Positions 40,911 through 51,170 of a stretch of DNA of 64,000 nt are shown in pieces. The stretch covers positions 32,001-96,000 of the forward strand of contig CAVSQB010000028.1 of the NCBI GenBank assembly GCA_963729895.1, written 5' to 3'. Origin of the DNA: an uncultured Fibrobacterota bacterium. Lineage in GTDB: Bacteria; Fibrobacterota; Chitinivibrionia; Chitinivibrionales; FEN-1185. The translations under genes and the position numbers were made by a program. The notes under the pieces are model-generated. The model saw only the letters and a list, made by a program, of their open reading frames with translations. It was not told the origin of the DNA and searched no databases. Position 1 is the stretch's first letter; each line of letters opens with the position of its first letter.

Positions 40911-41897
40911 CTAGCGGGTTATCAAGACACTTCTTGCAAGGCGGTTCGATCCGGCCTGCATTCTTACCGTATAACAACCTTCTGCCAGATTCCCGGCGTC
41001 CCATAAGATGCTGTGGGGGCCGGAACCAAAATAGTTATTGACAAGGGACATTATTCTACGGCCGGACAAATCGTAGAGGGCGGCGGAAATCCGGCCTGGA
41101 CCGGGAAGGGAGAATGCTATGGTTGCGTTTGGGTTGAAATGCCCGGGAGAGAGGACGCTGAAAGTCACCTGTTGTAACATTCCCGCCCGCGGATAAGGAT
41201 TACGCGCCGCCAGCATTTCCGAAAGCGGCCTGCGCCACACTCCGGTACTATCGGTTCCCGCAAAAACAGTGCCGTCGCCCACCGCCAGGCACTGTACATC
41301 CAAACTTGCCAGTCCGGAATTGACCGCGGTCCAGCTTGCACCGTTGTCGGTGGATAGATAAACACCGTTGCCCCAGGTGCCTGCGAAGATGCCGCCGCCG
41401 CTCACCGCAAAAGAAGTGACAATCATGTTCGGGAGACCGGAATTGACCGCGGTCCAGCTTGTGCCGTTATTACTCGACAAGAAAACGCCGCCACCATAGG
41501 TTCCGGCAAAGATGTCCTTCCCGTTTACCGCAAGAGAAATGACATTCGGGTTCGTGATACCGGAATCGACCGGACTCCAGTTTGTTCCATTGTTGGCGGA
41601 ACGGAAAATGCCGCCGCCATAGGTGGCTGCAAGGGTGGCGCTTCCGCTGGTAGCAAATGACAGGACCGTACTATTCGTGAGCCCGTAATTGACCGTGGTC
41701 CAGCTTGCGCCGCCATCGGTGGAACGGAACACTCCGCTGCCAAAGGTGCCGGCAAATGCAGCGCTGCCGTTCACGGCAAGTGCATAAATGTGTTCCCCCT
41801 GCGGCACATTTGTTTGTACCCACAGGGCGTGCGCCCCTTGCGAAAATGAAATCACCAAACCAACGCCAAGAACAAACTGTGCCGTAACTCTCTTCAT
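40911..41897 (-). CDS. BNR/Asp-box beta-propeller protein with CTD
   Basis: Repeats FAGT.G.GVF.S.DNG.SW..VNSGL of about 41 aa; CTD LYDLSGRRI...GCYTVRM. Confidence 0.85.
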   Translation of the reverse strand: MKRVTAQFVLGVGLVISFSQGAHALWVQTNVPQGEHIYALAVNGSAAFAGTFGSGVFRSTDGGASWTTVNYGLTNSTVLSFATSGSATLAATYGGGIFRSANNGTNWSPVDSGITNPNVISLAVNGKDIFAGTYGGGVFLSSNNGTSWTAVNSGLPNMIVTSFAVSGGGIFAGTWGNGVYLSTDNGASWTAVNSGLASLDVQCLAVGDGTVFAGTDSTGVWRRPLSEMLAARNPYPRAGMLQQVTFSVLSPGHFNPNATIAFSLPGPGRISAALYDLSGRRIMSLVNNYFGSGPHSILWDAGNLAEGCYTVRMQAGSNRLARSVLITR

Positions 41898-42049
41898 GTG
41901 AGGATTCCTTTTGCGCAAGCCTCGTGATTTGCCGTTTTGGAACACAAACAAGTTCCGCTGGTTACCTTCGGCGGCATAGTTGGCGTCCGACTGTACGCTA
42001 TACTATACCACAAAACTTCTGCTAAAACAACCCGGCTTCCTGCGACATT

Positions 42050-42096
42050 CAAAAAAGAAAGCCCCAAAACTGCATACCCTGCAAATCTTGGGGCTT
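42050..42096 (-). terminator. Terminator after the tRNA
   Basis: AAGCCCCAA...TTGGGGCTT stem with an A-run (U-tail on the minus strand). Confidence 0.65.
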
Positions 42097-42100
42097 ATAG

Positions 42101-42177
42101 TGGTACGGCCAGACGGAATTGAACCGCCAACCTTCTGATCCGTAGTCAGGCGCTCTATCCAATTGAGCTATGGCCGC
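42101..42177 (-). tRNA. tRNA-Arg(ACG)
   Basis: rc GCGGCCATAGCTCAATTGGATAGAGCGCCTGACT-ACG-GATCAGAAGGTTGGCGGTTCAATTCCGTCTGGCCGTACCA; cloverleaf with encoded CCA. Confidence 0.97.
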
Positions 42178-42689
42178 GTATTGCAAAAATTCTTCAAGAA
42201 ATCGAAACAATGTAATTTCAAGGAGATTCGGTTTGGACCAAAAATATACATTGTGCCCCGAAATACGCTGAACTATGGAAACGTGAAGGGGCTGCGAAGA
42301 TCGCCTCACGCGGGTACCGGAAGCATGAACCATTAATCGTACAGGGGATGCAAAGAGAGTTTCAATTATTGACAGGGAAGAACCATTGATGATCGGAGGC
42401 CATGCAGGAGAGGCCGCATACGTAACCGCTGTGCAGAGCCGATCAAAGCCCGGAACCCGGGCGGAGTTTTTGATCATGTGGGGGAAATCCGTCATTTTAA
42501 GCTGAATTTCGTGCAACAATCTGATATAATAAGTAGTGAGATTATTCAGCCGCAAGCTGCCCGGTGCGTGGCAGCCGAAACGCGGTCGAACGTGGAATCT
42601 TTCCTATCTGTCTTCAGTTACTCGCCGGCCGACACCGGGGCATGACGGGCGCGTGACAACACTGCTTGTGCAAAGCGGGAGCATGTACG

Positions 42690-45600
42690 ATGAGAAGTCT
42701 TGTGATGAAGCGTGGCGGATGCAGCCTGATCACTGCTTTTGCCTTCGCTTGGATGGCCGGACTAGGCCTTGCCGCGTTGGGCGCGGACGATTATTCGCAA
42801 TGGACGCACGCCAGCACCATCACCCTCAACACCACGGCATCGGGCGCGAACGTCGCTACTGCGCAGGCGGGCTTTCCCGTGGTCGTAAGGCTGACAAGCG
42901 CAAACACCGTCTTTTCGTTCGCCCAGGCACAGCCCGCCGGTCAAGACATTCGCTTTGCAACATCCGGCGGCATACACATCCCGTACCAGATAGAGCGCTG
43001 GGACAATGCGAACCAGGTTGCGGAGATCTGGGTGAAGGCGGACGTGAACGGGAACAACAACACCCAACTCTTGATGTACTGGGGCAACGCAGGCGCTGCG
43101 GACAGCTCGAACGGGTCCGCGGTGTTCAGCAATGGATTTGTGGGCCTGTGGCATCTGAATGAAACGGGAAACACCAACGCCAACGGATATGCCGATGCTA
43201 CCGGCAGCTTTCCTCTCACCGGGGTCGGGATGGTGGCCGGTGACGAAACAAATGCCGTCATAGGAAGGGGACAGAATTTCGGGAGTACGAATGTTTCCAA
43301 CATCCCTGCCGGCATTACCGGCAAATATCTTTTTGCTGCCTCAGGGCCGAGTGAGACGGGCAAAAGCATAACTGCGATGGTGTGGACGCAATTGACCGGT
43401 ACTGCAAGTCAACAATACGTTTTTAACCAGGGCGGCACAGGCAACACACGTTGGGACTTGGGCATTAATACTTCTAACCCCTTCCCGTTCGAATTCGATA
43501 TCAATGACCATACCGCCGGTAATTTCACGACCGACGTAACCGCCATTGACGGCAACTGGCACCTGTGGGCAGTCACCTACGATACTTTGACACCTGCTAA
43601 TCTTGCCTTGGCGGGCGCCGTGGCTGAGGGGCCGGTTGGTACTTTTGCAGACCAGACAGCAGCCGCAAACAATGTTACTGCAAATGACATGACCCTGATT
43701 CGCGCTACTCCTGCGGTCAATGATGCATACTATTTTGGAAATGCCACCACGTTCAGAGCACTTGGTTTGCATGTGGGCACTCTTGGCGTCGGCGTCTGGA
43801 CAATCACGTGGGAATATTGGAACGGCGCGTGGATTCCTTTAAGCGGAGTATCTGACGGAACAATAAACGCCGCCGCGGGTAACACCGGCGGTCTCACGCT
43901 AAGCGGTTCGGTTTCTTTTGCCCAGCCCCCGGATTGGGCAACTACAGCCGTGGACGGCATTACGGCCTATTGGATCCGGGCTAGGGTGAGCGCGTTTACA
44001 AGCATAACAACACCGCCACTAGGCACTCAGGTTTTTTGCGGCCCCACCGTTACTCTCTGGAAGGACGGCGGCCCGGTGGCCACAAGTGTGCTTTGGACAC
44101 GTCCCGGCAGGTCCGGTGAAATTGACATAGCAACAAGGTCTGATCATACCAATCTTTTTAAAGGTATCGTTGATGAACCGTCCATCGCCACCGGTGTCCG
44201 TTCTGCCGACTGGATAACCCTGTGCTATCAGTCCCAGAAACTTGGCGCCAACTGGATCACGTTCGCATCCGTGACTACGGCAGCGCCTTCGATCACGACC
44301 TCGCCATCGAACCTGACGGTAAATTCGGGCCAGACGGCCACATTCACCGTCGTTGCGACAGGCGGAGGCATCGCATACCAGTGGCAGCGCAGCCCGGACG
44401 GGACGACGTGGACAAATGTCGCCACCGGTACCGGCGGCGCATCATCCGCCTACTCCTTCACAGCTGCATACCCGGCCGACAACGGAGCACAATTCCGCTG
44501 TACGGTGACCAATTCAAAAGGGGCTGCCACGTCCGGTACGGCGACGCTTACCGTGACGTGCAACGCGCCCTCCATTTCCACCCAGCCGACTCCGGCAACT
44601 CAAACCGTCCTGGTCGGCAGTGCAGTCTCCTATTCCGTTTCAGCAACCGGCACGAACGTTCCTTTCACTTATCAGTGGCAGCAGAGCAAGAACGGCGGGG
44701 CGACCTGGACCGCCGCCGGAGGCGCGGGAGCGACCTCGCAATCGTTTACATCGTCTGCCTTGACATCATCGGACAACAATTCGCAATTTCATTGCATTGT
44801 CACCAGCGCGTGCGGGACCTCGGTCACGTCGAACGCCGTTTCCGTTACAGTCACTACACAGCCGCCCGTCATAACCGTCCAGCCGGCCGCTGCAACAACC
44901 GTGAATGTGGGCGGCAGTTTGTCTCTTACCGTGGTGGCCACAAACGCGACCGCTTACCAGTGGAAGCAAGGGGGCGCGGCGATCGCAGGCGCCACCGCTG
45001 CTACCTACAGTAAGAACCCGGTTGCCCTTGCGGATGCGGGAAGTTACACGGTGGTGGTGAAGAACACTCAGGACAGCGTGGAAAGCCAGCCTGCGGTGGT
45101 AACCGTGCTTGTGCCCATAAAGGCAATGTTCACGGTGAGCCAGACCATTGCGCAGGTTCCGGCCACCATCACGTTCACCGACCAGTCCACGGGCCCGTTT
45201 ACAAAGCGGTTATGGTATTTCGGGGACGGCGGGGTTGATACCAGCAACAATTCGAACCCGCAGCACGTGTACAATTCGTCCGGGGTATTTTCGGCAACGC
45301 TCGTGCTGCTGAACGGCGCGGTGCGAGCCGACAGCATGACAATATCCATAACCACGTTCAAGGACAACCCGGTTGCCATCACGGGGAGGTATGTATCCGC
45401 GGGCAAAGCTGAGATAACGTTTGCGAACTACGCGCTTGTTCCCCTTGGTCCGCTTCCGCTGCCATACGCGGACAGCCTGAGGCTGTGGTACCAGTCCGGA
45501 TCGGCACTGCCGGTTTCTGCCGCGGCGCCCGCGGCGCAGTGCGGAGAATACAGCCTGTCCGACATGCAGAAAGCAACGCCGCCGTTTAAGGCGGACGTTA

Positions 45601-48600
45601 CCGTGGTGCTCGCGGGTACGGATACTGCTGCCGGATTCATGACGCAAGTGCATTGGAACAACGGCACATGGTACTGGAGCGCGTTCAGTGCCGGCAACGG
45701 CACGATCGTGGTGATGACCGACACCACCACTCCCGTAAACACGGCCCGGGTTGGCGGGCAATGGTTTGGCGGCGATTCGGTGCAGTTCACGGTTTCTAAT
45801 TTGTTAAGTTTGGATACGTCGAGCGTGGACTCGGTGATAGTCTGGTTCGGCACGAGCGCCACGGATACGGTGCCGAATTATGCCGATCCGGCCCAGACCT
45901 GGCGGTTCAAGCTTGGGTCCGTCTATGCCAGCGGCCGGGACAGCGTTGTCGTGCAAAATCCGCAGTTCAATACAGGGGTGCAGAAGCTGTTGAACTGTTA
46001 TGTTATTGTGAAGGGAAAAGACAAGAAAGAGAGTTCGCTTGTTCGCGCGCAGTATTATGCCGGAGCGAACCGGCCCTCGAATCCGATTATTTTGACCGCG
46101 GTGGCCCAGAGCGCGAGCAGTATCCTGCTGACGTGGAACCCGGTTGGAGGGGTCAGCAACATCCGCATCTGGTACCAGGCCGGCGCCGCCGTCACGGTGA
46201 ATACCGCCACCTTTGCGTCCCCGCCCTACAATTCGATAGACGTGCCCCTGGTGTCAAACACGCAGCTTGTGGTAACGGGCCTGCTGTCGCAAACGCATTA
46301 CTATTTCGGCGCGCAGGTATTTGAGGGCGGGCAGTGGTCGTACGTGACGGACTCCTCGAGCGCCAATGCAACGACCTTTCAACCGGGCGGGAAGCTTGAT
46401 ACCAATTCCGTGAAGATAACGAGCCTTACGTTCGATACCGCCACCAACGAGATCCATGTAAGCTGGACGGTGAACAACAATCTTCCCGACACCCTGGAGA
46501 TCGGCATTTCGTATTCGCTGAGCGGGTATCCGACGGCGGACACGAGTATCCATCAGCTCATACCGGTGAAGTCCGGGTCGGACAGCACGACAATCAAGCT
46601 GCAGCCCCTGGTGTATAGTGCTCAGTATTACGTTGCTCTGTGGGAAAGCAGGCTCAACGGAACGCCGGCCGATCCGACCTCCGGTTCCGAGGCGGTTGTT
46701 GCGAGTCCGTTTTACAACTGGCAACCGGCCACGCTTTTCACCACGGTGCCTGGCGACACGCATGCGCTGTTCAACGGGAATATCGTGATCATTGCCAATG
46801 CGCTGACCCCTGGCGATGTGACCAACACGCCCGACACGATACGGTATGACTCAATCGGCCCGGCAAATCTCTACGGGTTTGTGCCGGTAAGCGTGCCGTT
46901 CTACTTTTCCCATCTGGACCAGTCTGCGCCGTTCAAGATAGAATTCAAGCTTTTCCCGGCTGCCGCCACGTACGGGCTGGCCAATGTGCGGATTTATCAA
47001 CAAGGGAGCAATGGCCTCTGGTATGTGGACAGGACGTCGATGGCCGACAGCACCGGCTATGCGTGGACGATCATGGCCAACAAGGATTTTATGGGTCCGC
47101 AGGACCGGTTCATGGCGCTCATCGACACCATGTCGGTGACCGTGACGCTAGGATTGCATTCGGATACGGTTGGGGCATTTGCGAACCTGTACGATGAACT
47201 TCACATAAGCGACAATTGCGCCAACGTGATAGTGAAATATTATTACGCCAGCGGCGACAACAGCGAGGCGGGGTTGGACAGCAACATGCTTTCGTCAACG
47301 AGCGCTGTCTTTGTCGACACCATTTTGGGCCCGTATGTTTCCAAGTATACGGGGTATCGCGGCCTGGTGGTGGCCAGCGACGGCGTCCACAACGACACGC
47401 TGAACGTGTCGCGGCAGGTGATGCGTGACAACTCTGATGTCGTCCCGACCGGAGTGCAAACGTGGGTCCCGCTGCGGGTGACCGCTGGCCTTGCCAACGA
47501 CACCATGAAGAACATTCTCGAAGCGAGCACGGCCAACCCGGCATGGACCTACGATAACACGCAACTGCGGTTGTTCAGGTGGCAGTCGGACAAGTGGGTT
47601 GAGTATTCGGGCCAGACGACCGGTATTTTCTCCATGGTCCCGGGGATCGTGGTATGGGCAAAGTCGCGGCAGAGCATTTCAGTTAATTTTGGCAATGGCA
47701 TCACGCCAAGTCTGAAGAATGCATATCCGATTTCGCTTGCGCCGGGCGAATTTACCGATTTTGCGCTGCCGTTCAAGTTCGACATCAGGATAGGCGACAT
47801 CATCGATTCAACCGATTCAATCGGGACCATGGCCGTGGGAGATTCGTTGCAGTTCCATTCGTGGGTGAAAGACTCGGGCAGCAGCCAATTGAAATTGAAC
47901 GATCTTTTCATCGAGGACATGGCTGGTGCGCTGGCTTCGCTTGGCGACAAGGGAACGGTGATCAGTTCGCAAGACCTTGCAGGCGCGTACACGGTGTATA
48001 ATCCCCTGACCGTTCCGGTGACGCTCAAAGTTGCTCCGATTCCGAAAGTTTTGTCGGGCTATGTTGCAAAGAAGCGCATGGCAAAGACAAGCGGAGCCAC
48101 GGGCTGGGCGCTGTCGGTGGTTCCGCACCTTTCCGACGGCTCGCCGCTGACGTCCGTGCTGTGCGGCTACACGCAGGCAAAGAGCGCGGTAGTGAGCTAC
48201 TTTCCGGTGCCTCCTTCGTTTTCACAGGAGCATGTGTGCGTGTACGACAACACGGGGAAGAAGCTGTACGGAGATGCGCTTTCGCACACGACGGCGGGCG
48301 GCGGGTGCACGTATCTGCTTGCTTTTGTCAACGACGGGCAGGAGCAGAGCCGGATATCGTATCACGTGGAAACGCTGACAGCGCTTCCGCAGGGTTTTCT
48401 TGCAAAGGCGCTGAACGAGGAGACGGGGATGTACGACGACTTTTCCGCCAAGGACGCGGCGGTCACGGTTGCGGCGGGCGGCAGGGCATACCGGCTGCTG
48501 GTGGTGGGTAGCCAGACGTATCTCGCCAAGATGGCGATTATCATGAAGACCGGGACCCTGCAGCTTGTCGGCACGTCGCCGAACCCGTTCGGAAGGATGG

Positions 48601-48857
48601 TCCGGATCAGGTACAACATTGCAGGCGGCGGGGTGAGCAGCGCACGGTTCTGCATATACGACATGCGCGGCAGGATCGTGTGGCAGATAACCACAAATGA
48701 AGAAGGTTTCCAGGGCATTCGGGAGATCACGTGGGACGGCAGGTCGCTGGACAAGCGCCGCGTTGCCGCCGGGATGTATGTGGTGCGCATGGAAGCGTTC
48801 GACGAAAACAAGAAGACGAGCGGCATCTTTGAAAAAAGAATGACGTACCTGCCGTAA
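42690..48857 (+). CDS. Giant secreted surface protein: DUF2341, LamG, Ig repeats, PKD, FN3-like, FlgD-Ig CTD
   Basis: DIRFA..PYQIERWD..EIWVK..MYWGN; DGNWH..AVTYD; YQWQ Ig repeats; FTDQSTG..WYFGDG..NPQHVY; PNPF...WDGR...GMYVVRM; exact start uncertain (42666-42705). Confidence 0.85.
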   Translation: MRSLVMKRGGCSLITAFAFAWMAGLGLAALGADDYSQWTHASTITLNTTASGANVATAQAGFPVVVRLTSANTVFSFAQAQPAGQDIRFATSGGIHIPYQIERWDNANQVAEIWVKADVNGNNNTQLLMYWGNAGAADSSNGSAVFSNGFVGLWHLNETGNTNANGYADATGSFPLTGVGMVAGDETNAVIGRGQNFGSTNVSNIPAGITGKYLFAASGPSETGKSITAMVWTQLTGTASQQYVFNQGGTGNTRWDLGINTSNPFPFEFDINDHTAGNFTTDVTAIDGNWHLWAVTYDTLTPANLALAGAVAEGPVGTFADQTAAANNVTANDMTLIRATPAVNDAYYFGNATTFRALGLHVGTLGVGVWTITWEYWNGAWIPLSGVSDGTINAAAGNTGGLTLSGSVSFAQPPDWATTAVDGITAYWIRARVSAFTSITTPPLGTQVFCGPTVTLWKDGGPVATSVLWTRPGRSGEIDIATRSDHTNLFKGIVDEPSIATGVRSADWITLCYQSQKLGANWITFASVTTAAPSITTSPSNLTVNSGQTATFTVVATGGGIAYQWQRSPDGTTWTNVATGTGGASSAYSFTAAYPADNGAQFRCTVTNSKGAATSGTATLTVTCNAPSISTQPTPATQTVLVGSAVSYSVSATGTNVPFTYQWQQSKNGGATWTAAGGAGATSQSFTSSALTSSDNNSQFHCIVTSACGTSVTSNAVSVTVTTQPPVITVQPAAATTVNVGGSLSLTVVATNATAYQWKQGGAAIAGATAATYSKNPVALADAGSYTVVVKNTQDSVESQPAVVTVLVPIKAMFTVSQTIAQVPATITFTDQSTGPFTKRLWYFGDGGVDTSNNSNPQHVYNSSGVFSATLVLLNGAVRADSMTISITTFKDNPVAITGRYVSAGKAEITFANYALVPLGPLPLPYADSLRLWYQSGSALPVSAAAPAAQCGEYSLSDMQKATPPFKADVTVVLAGTDTAAGFMTQVHWNNGTWYWSAFSAGNGTIVVMTDTTTPVNTARVGGQWFGGDSVQFTVSNLLSLDTSSVDSVIVWFGTSATDTVPNYADPAQTWRFKLGSVYASGRDSVVVQNPQFNTGVQKLLNCYVIVKGKDKKESSLVRAQYYAGANRPSNPIILTAVAQSASSILLTWNPVGGVSNIRIWYQAGAAVTVNTATFASPPYNSIDVPLVSNTQLVVTGLLSQTHYYFGAQVFEGGQWSYVTDSSSANATTFQPGGKLDTNSVKITSLTFDTATNEIHVSWTVNNNLPDTLEIGISYSLSGYPTADTSIHQLIPVKSGSDSTTIKLQPLVYSAQYYVALWESRLNGTPADPTSGSEAVVASPFYNWQPATLFTTVPGDTHALFNGNIVIIANALTPGDVTNTPDTIRYDSIGPANLYGFVPVSVPFYFSHLDQSAPFKIEFKLFPAAATYGLANVRIYQQGSNGLWYVDRTSMADSTGYAWTIMANKDFMGPQDRFMALIDTMSVTVTLGLHSDTVGAFANLYDELHISDNCANVIVKYYYASGDNSEAGLDSNMLSSTSAVFVDTILGPYVSKYTGYRGLVVASDGVHNDTLNVSRQVMRDNSDVVPTGVQTWVPLRVTAGLANDTMKNILEASTANPAWTYDNTQLRLFRWQSDKWVEYSGQTTGIFSMVPGIVVWAKSRQSISVNFGNGITPSLKNAYPISLAPGEFTDFALPFKFDIRIGDIIDSTDSIGTMAVGDSLQFHSWVKDSGSSQLKLNDLFIEDMAGALASLGDKGTVISSQDLAGAYTVYNPLTVPVTLKVAPIPKVLSGYVAKKRMAKTSGATGWALSVVPHLSDGSPLTSVLCGYTQAKSAVVSYFPVPPSFSQEHVCVYDNTGKKLYGDALSHTTAGGGCTYLLAFVNDGQEQSRISYHVETLTALPQGFLAKALNEETGMYDDFSAKDAAVTVAAGGRAYRLLVVGSQTYLAKMAIIMKTGTLQLVGTSPNPFGRMVRIRYNIAGGGVSSARFCIYDMRGRIVWQITTNEEGFQGIREITWDGRSLDKRRVAAGMYVVRMEAFDENKKTSGIFEKRMTYLP

Positions 48858-49188
48858 AAAAAGTTCCGCAGGTCAACAAGGATACGTGGCTGGAAGGACG
48901 TTAAGCACTTCCCGGTCCGCAAGGCTGAGGCGACCCCTGCAGGTGTTTGGATTTGTTCAAGGGTGAGCCTGGGCGCACCCGGCACCGCCATCCGGAGGGA
49001 TAGTAAATCCCGATGATCCGGCTCAGCCATCCAAAAGCATCGAATCTCTATTCTTTGTCTCATCCAAAGTGCGCTCGGAACACCCCCTTTCCTGCAAGAA
49101 AGTAGTATATTCGGATTCATAACAACTGCGCGCAACGGCAGTCTTCGGTTTTTCTCCCAAAGCAACGCCGGTCAAGGAGAAAATATTC

Positions 49189-49671
49189 ATGGCCAGGACA
49201 GAAAAACGCAGCAGCCTGGGCCGGTTCGCCATTCTGCTGTTCATCGTGGGCGGGCTGCTGGGCGTCGATTCCGTGCTGCACCTTTCGTTTGTGTACAAGC
49301 TCTGGCCCCTTATCATCACCATGCTCGGCATCGGCTTTGTCGGCATCTTCCGGACGCGCGACCGCAGGGAGGCGCTGTACCTTACGGTGGGCCTCTATCT
49401 GATCTGCTTCAGCGGGCTTGCCCTGTGGTGCGACTTTACCCGATGGGGCTCTCTCCAAACGCTCTGGCCCCTGTTTGTTGCATTCCTCGGCATTGCGGTG
49501 ACCTGCGACTATGTTTTTTGCCGGAAGAAACATACCTGGCTCTTGATAGGCCTGCTTTTGATTTCCACATCCGTGGTTTTCTTTCTTGTCTTTTCAATCA
49601 GCCATGACCTGTGGTGGACCGTGTTTCTTCTTGCCGGTACGAGCGTATGGATTTCCGAGAGGGACAAATGA
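49189..49671 (+). CDS. Small multi-pass membrane protein, paralog of 26674..27180
   Basis: LWPL repeats; FTRW...LWPLF..FLG; AAGGAG RBS. Confidence 0.8.
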   Translation: MARTEKRSSLGRFAILLFIVGGLLGVDSVLHLSFVYKLWPLIITMLGIGFVGIFRTRDRREALYLTVGLYLICFSGLALWCDFTRWGSLQTLWPLFVAFLGIAVTCDYVFCRKKHTWLLIGLLLISTSVVFFLVFSISHDLWWTVFLLAGTSVWISERDK

Positions 49672-51101
49672 GCCCCGCCAGGCCCGAACACAGGAAGAAA
49701 TCGGTGGTCTTCATAGAGCCGGCCGGCGCGGCCGCGAACGTTTTTGATAATTACATGAAACTGCCCCTCACCGGCACACTGTATTTGGGCACCATTCTGC
49801 ACGAGGCAGGGTACGACGTCCGCATCTACAACGAAAGTGTGCTCGGCGAGCGAATCGATCCCTTTACCATTAGTGCAGACGTGTACTGCATCTCCTCGCT
49901 CACCACGTCGTCCGTGCGTGCAAAGGCGCTGGCGAACCAGATCCGGCGCGTCTATCCGGGCAGTCGCATCATCATCGGCGGCATCCATGCATCGCTCTTG
50001 CCCGACGATTTCGCGGACGCGGCGGACTGCATCGTGCAGGGCGAGTCCGAGAAGAATATCGTTGACATCATAGAAGGAGCCGACGCGGGGAAGATCGTGC
50101 AGGGCCGCGCCATCGACGACGTGGAACAGTTGCCGTTTATCAACTACGGCCTGGTCCAGGGCGTTGACGCCATGGACATCATCCCGATAATGACGTCGCG
50201 CGGGTGCCCGTTCGACTGCAATTTCTGCACCGTGACGAAGATCTTCGGCAAGAAGTTCCGCATGCAGTCGCCGCGGCGCATAATCGCCGAAGTCAAGCAC
50301 GCGCTCTCCTTTTTCAAGACCCGCAGCATCTTCTTCTACGACGACAATTTTACGGCCAACCAACGCCGCATCGACGAACTCTGCGATCTGATCGTGAGCG
50401 AAGGTCTCGACATTTCGTGGTCGGCCCAGGTGCGCCAGGACATCGCGAACAACCCAGTGTTGCTCGGCAAAATGGCCAAGGCCGGCTGCCGGATCGTGTA
50501 CATCGGTTTTGAGTCGATAAGCGATGAAACGCTCAAGGCGATGCACAAGTCGCAGACGCGCAAGGACATCGAAGTCTCAATCCGGGTGATCCAGCAGGCG
50601 GGAATCAACGTCCACGGAATGTTCATCTTCGGCGACGACCACGACACGGTGGAGAGCCTGCGGCAGACCGCGAATTTCGCCATCAACCAGCATATCGACA
50701 CCGTACAGTTCATGATCCTCACGCCGTTTCCCGGCACGCCCGTGTACGAAAAACTTGTCGAGGAAAAACGGCTGTTCCACCGGCGATGGGAGTACTACAA
50801 TGGCATGTTTGCCGTATTCCAGCCCAAGACCATGACCGCGTCCCGGCTGCAGCGGGAAATGATTTCCGCGTACCGCAGATTCTATTCCCTGCAGCATCTT
50901 TTGCTGGAAGGACTGAAGCTGGTCTTTAATGTGTTGCTTGACGCGCTGGTATGGGATTTTAGGAGAGCGTTCCGCTTCAGTTTTGAGACATTGCTCCTCA
51001 AGGGCGGGTTCAAGTTCCTGGTGAGCAGGTTTACAAACACCTACGCAAGTTATTTCAAGTTTCTTGACGAAATAGATATGCCGGCTGGCGGAAAAGATTG
51101 A
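49668..51101 (+). CDS. B12-binding radical SAM protein, paralog of 25277..26677
   Basis: GGIHAS, TSRGCPFDCNFC, DDNF, GFES and LTPFPGT motifs; ATGA overlap. Confidence 0.9.
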   Translation: MSPARPEHRKKSVVFIEPAGAAANVFDNYMKLPLTGTLYLGTILHEAGYDVRIYNESVLGERIDPFTISADVYCISSLTTSSVRAKALANQIRRVYPGSRIIIGGIHASLLPDDFADAADCIVQGESEKNIVDIIEGADAGKIVQGRAIDDVEQLPFINYGLVQGVDAMDIIPIMTSRGCPFDCNFCTVTKIFGKKFRMQSPRRIIAEVKHALSFFKTRSIFFYDDNFTANQRRIDELCDLIVSEGLDISWSAQVRQDIANNPVLLGKMAKAGCRIVYIGFESISDETLKAMHKSQTRKDIEVSIRVIQQAGINVHGMFIFGDDHDTVESLRQTANFAINQHIDTVQFMILTPFPGTPVYEKLVEEKRLFHRRWEYYNGMFAVFQPKTMTASRLQREMISAYRRFYSLQHLLLEGLKLVFNVLLDALVWDFRRAFRFSFETLLLKGGFKFLVSRFTNTYASYFKFLDEIDMPAGGKD

Positions 51102-51170
51102 AAAGTACCTATTCAAGAGCAAATATTGAAGATTGGAAAAGAGCACGCTATAACTTTACATGAGGTGACA

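Noticed and set aside
41200..41780. CRISPR-like periodic repeats (about 123-bp period)
   Set aside because: In-frame beta-propeller coding repeats; no cas genes
42101..42177. tRNA as an integration site of an island
   Set aside because: No integrase and no duplicated tRNA 3' end noticed in the window
48863..49035. 6S RNA (GTTCAAGGGT resemblance)
   Set aside because: Folds as a multi-branch structure rather than one long rod; no zapA/ygfA/rny context
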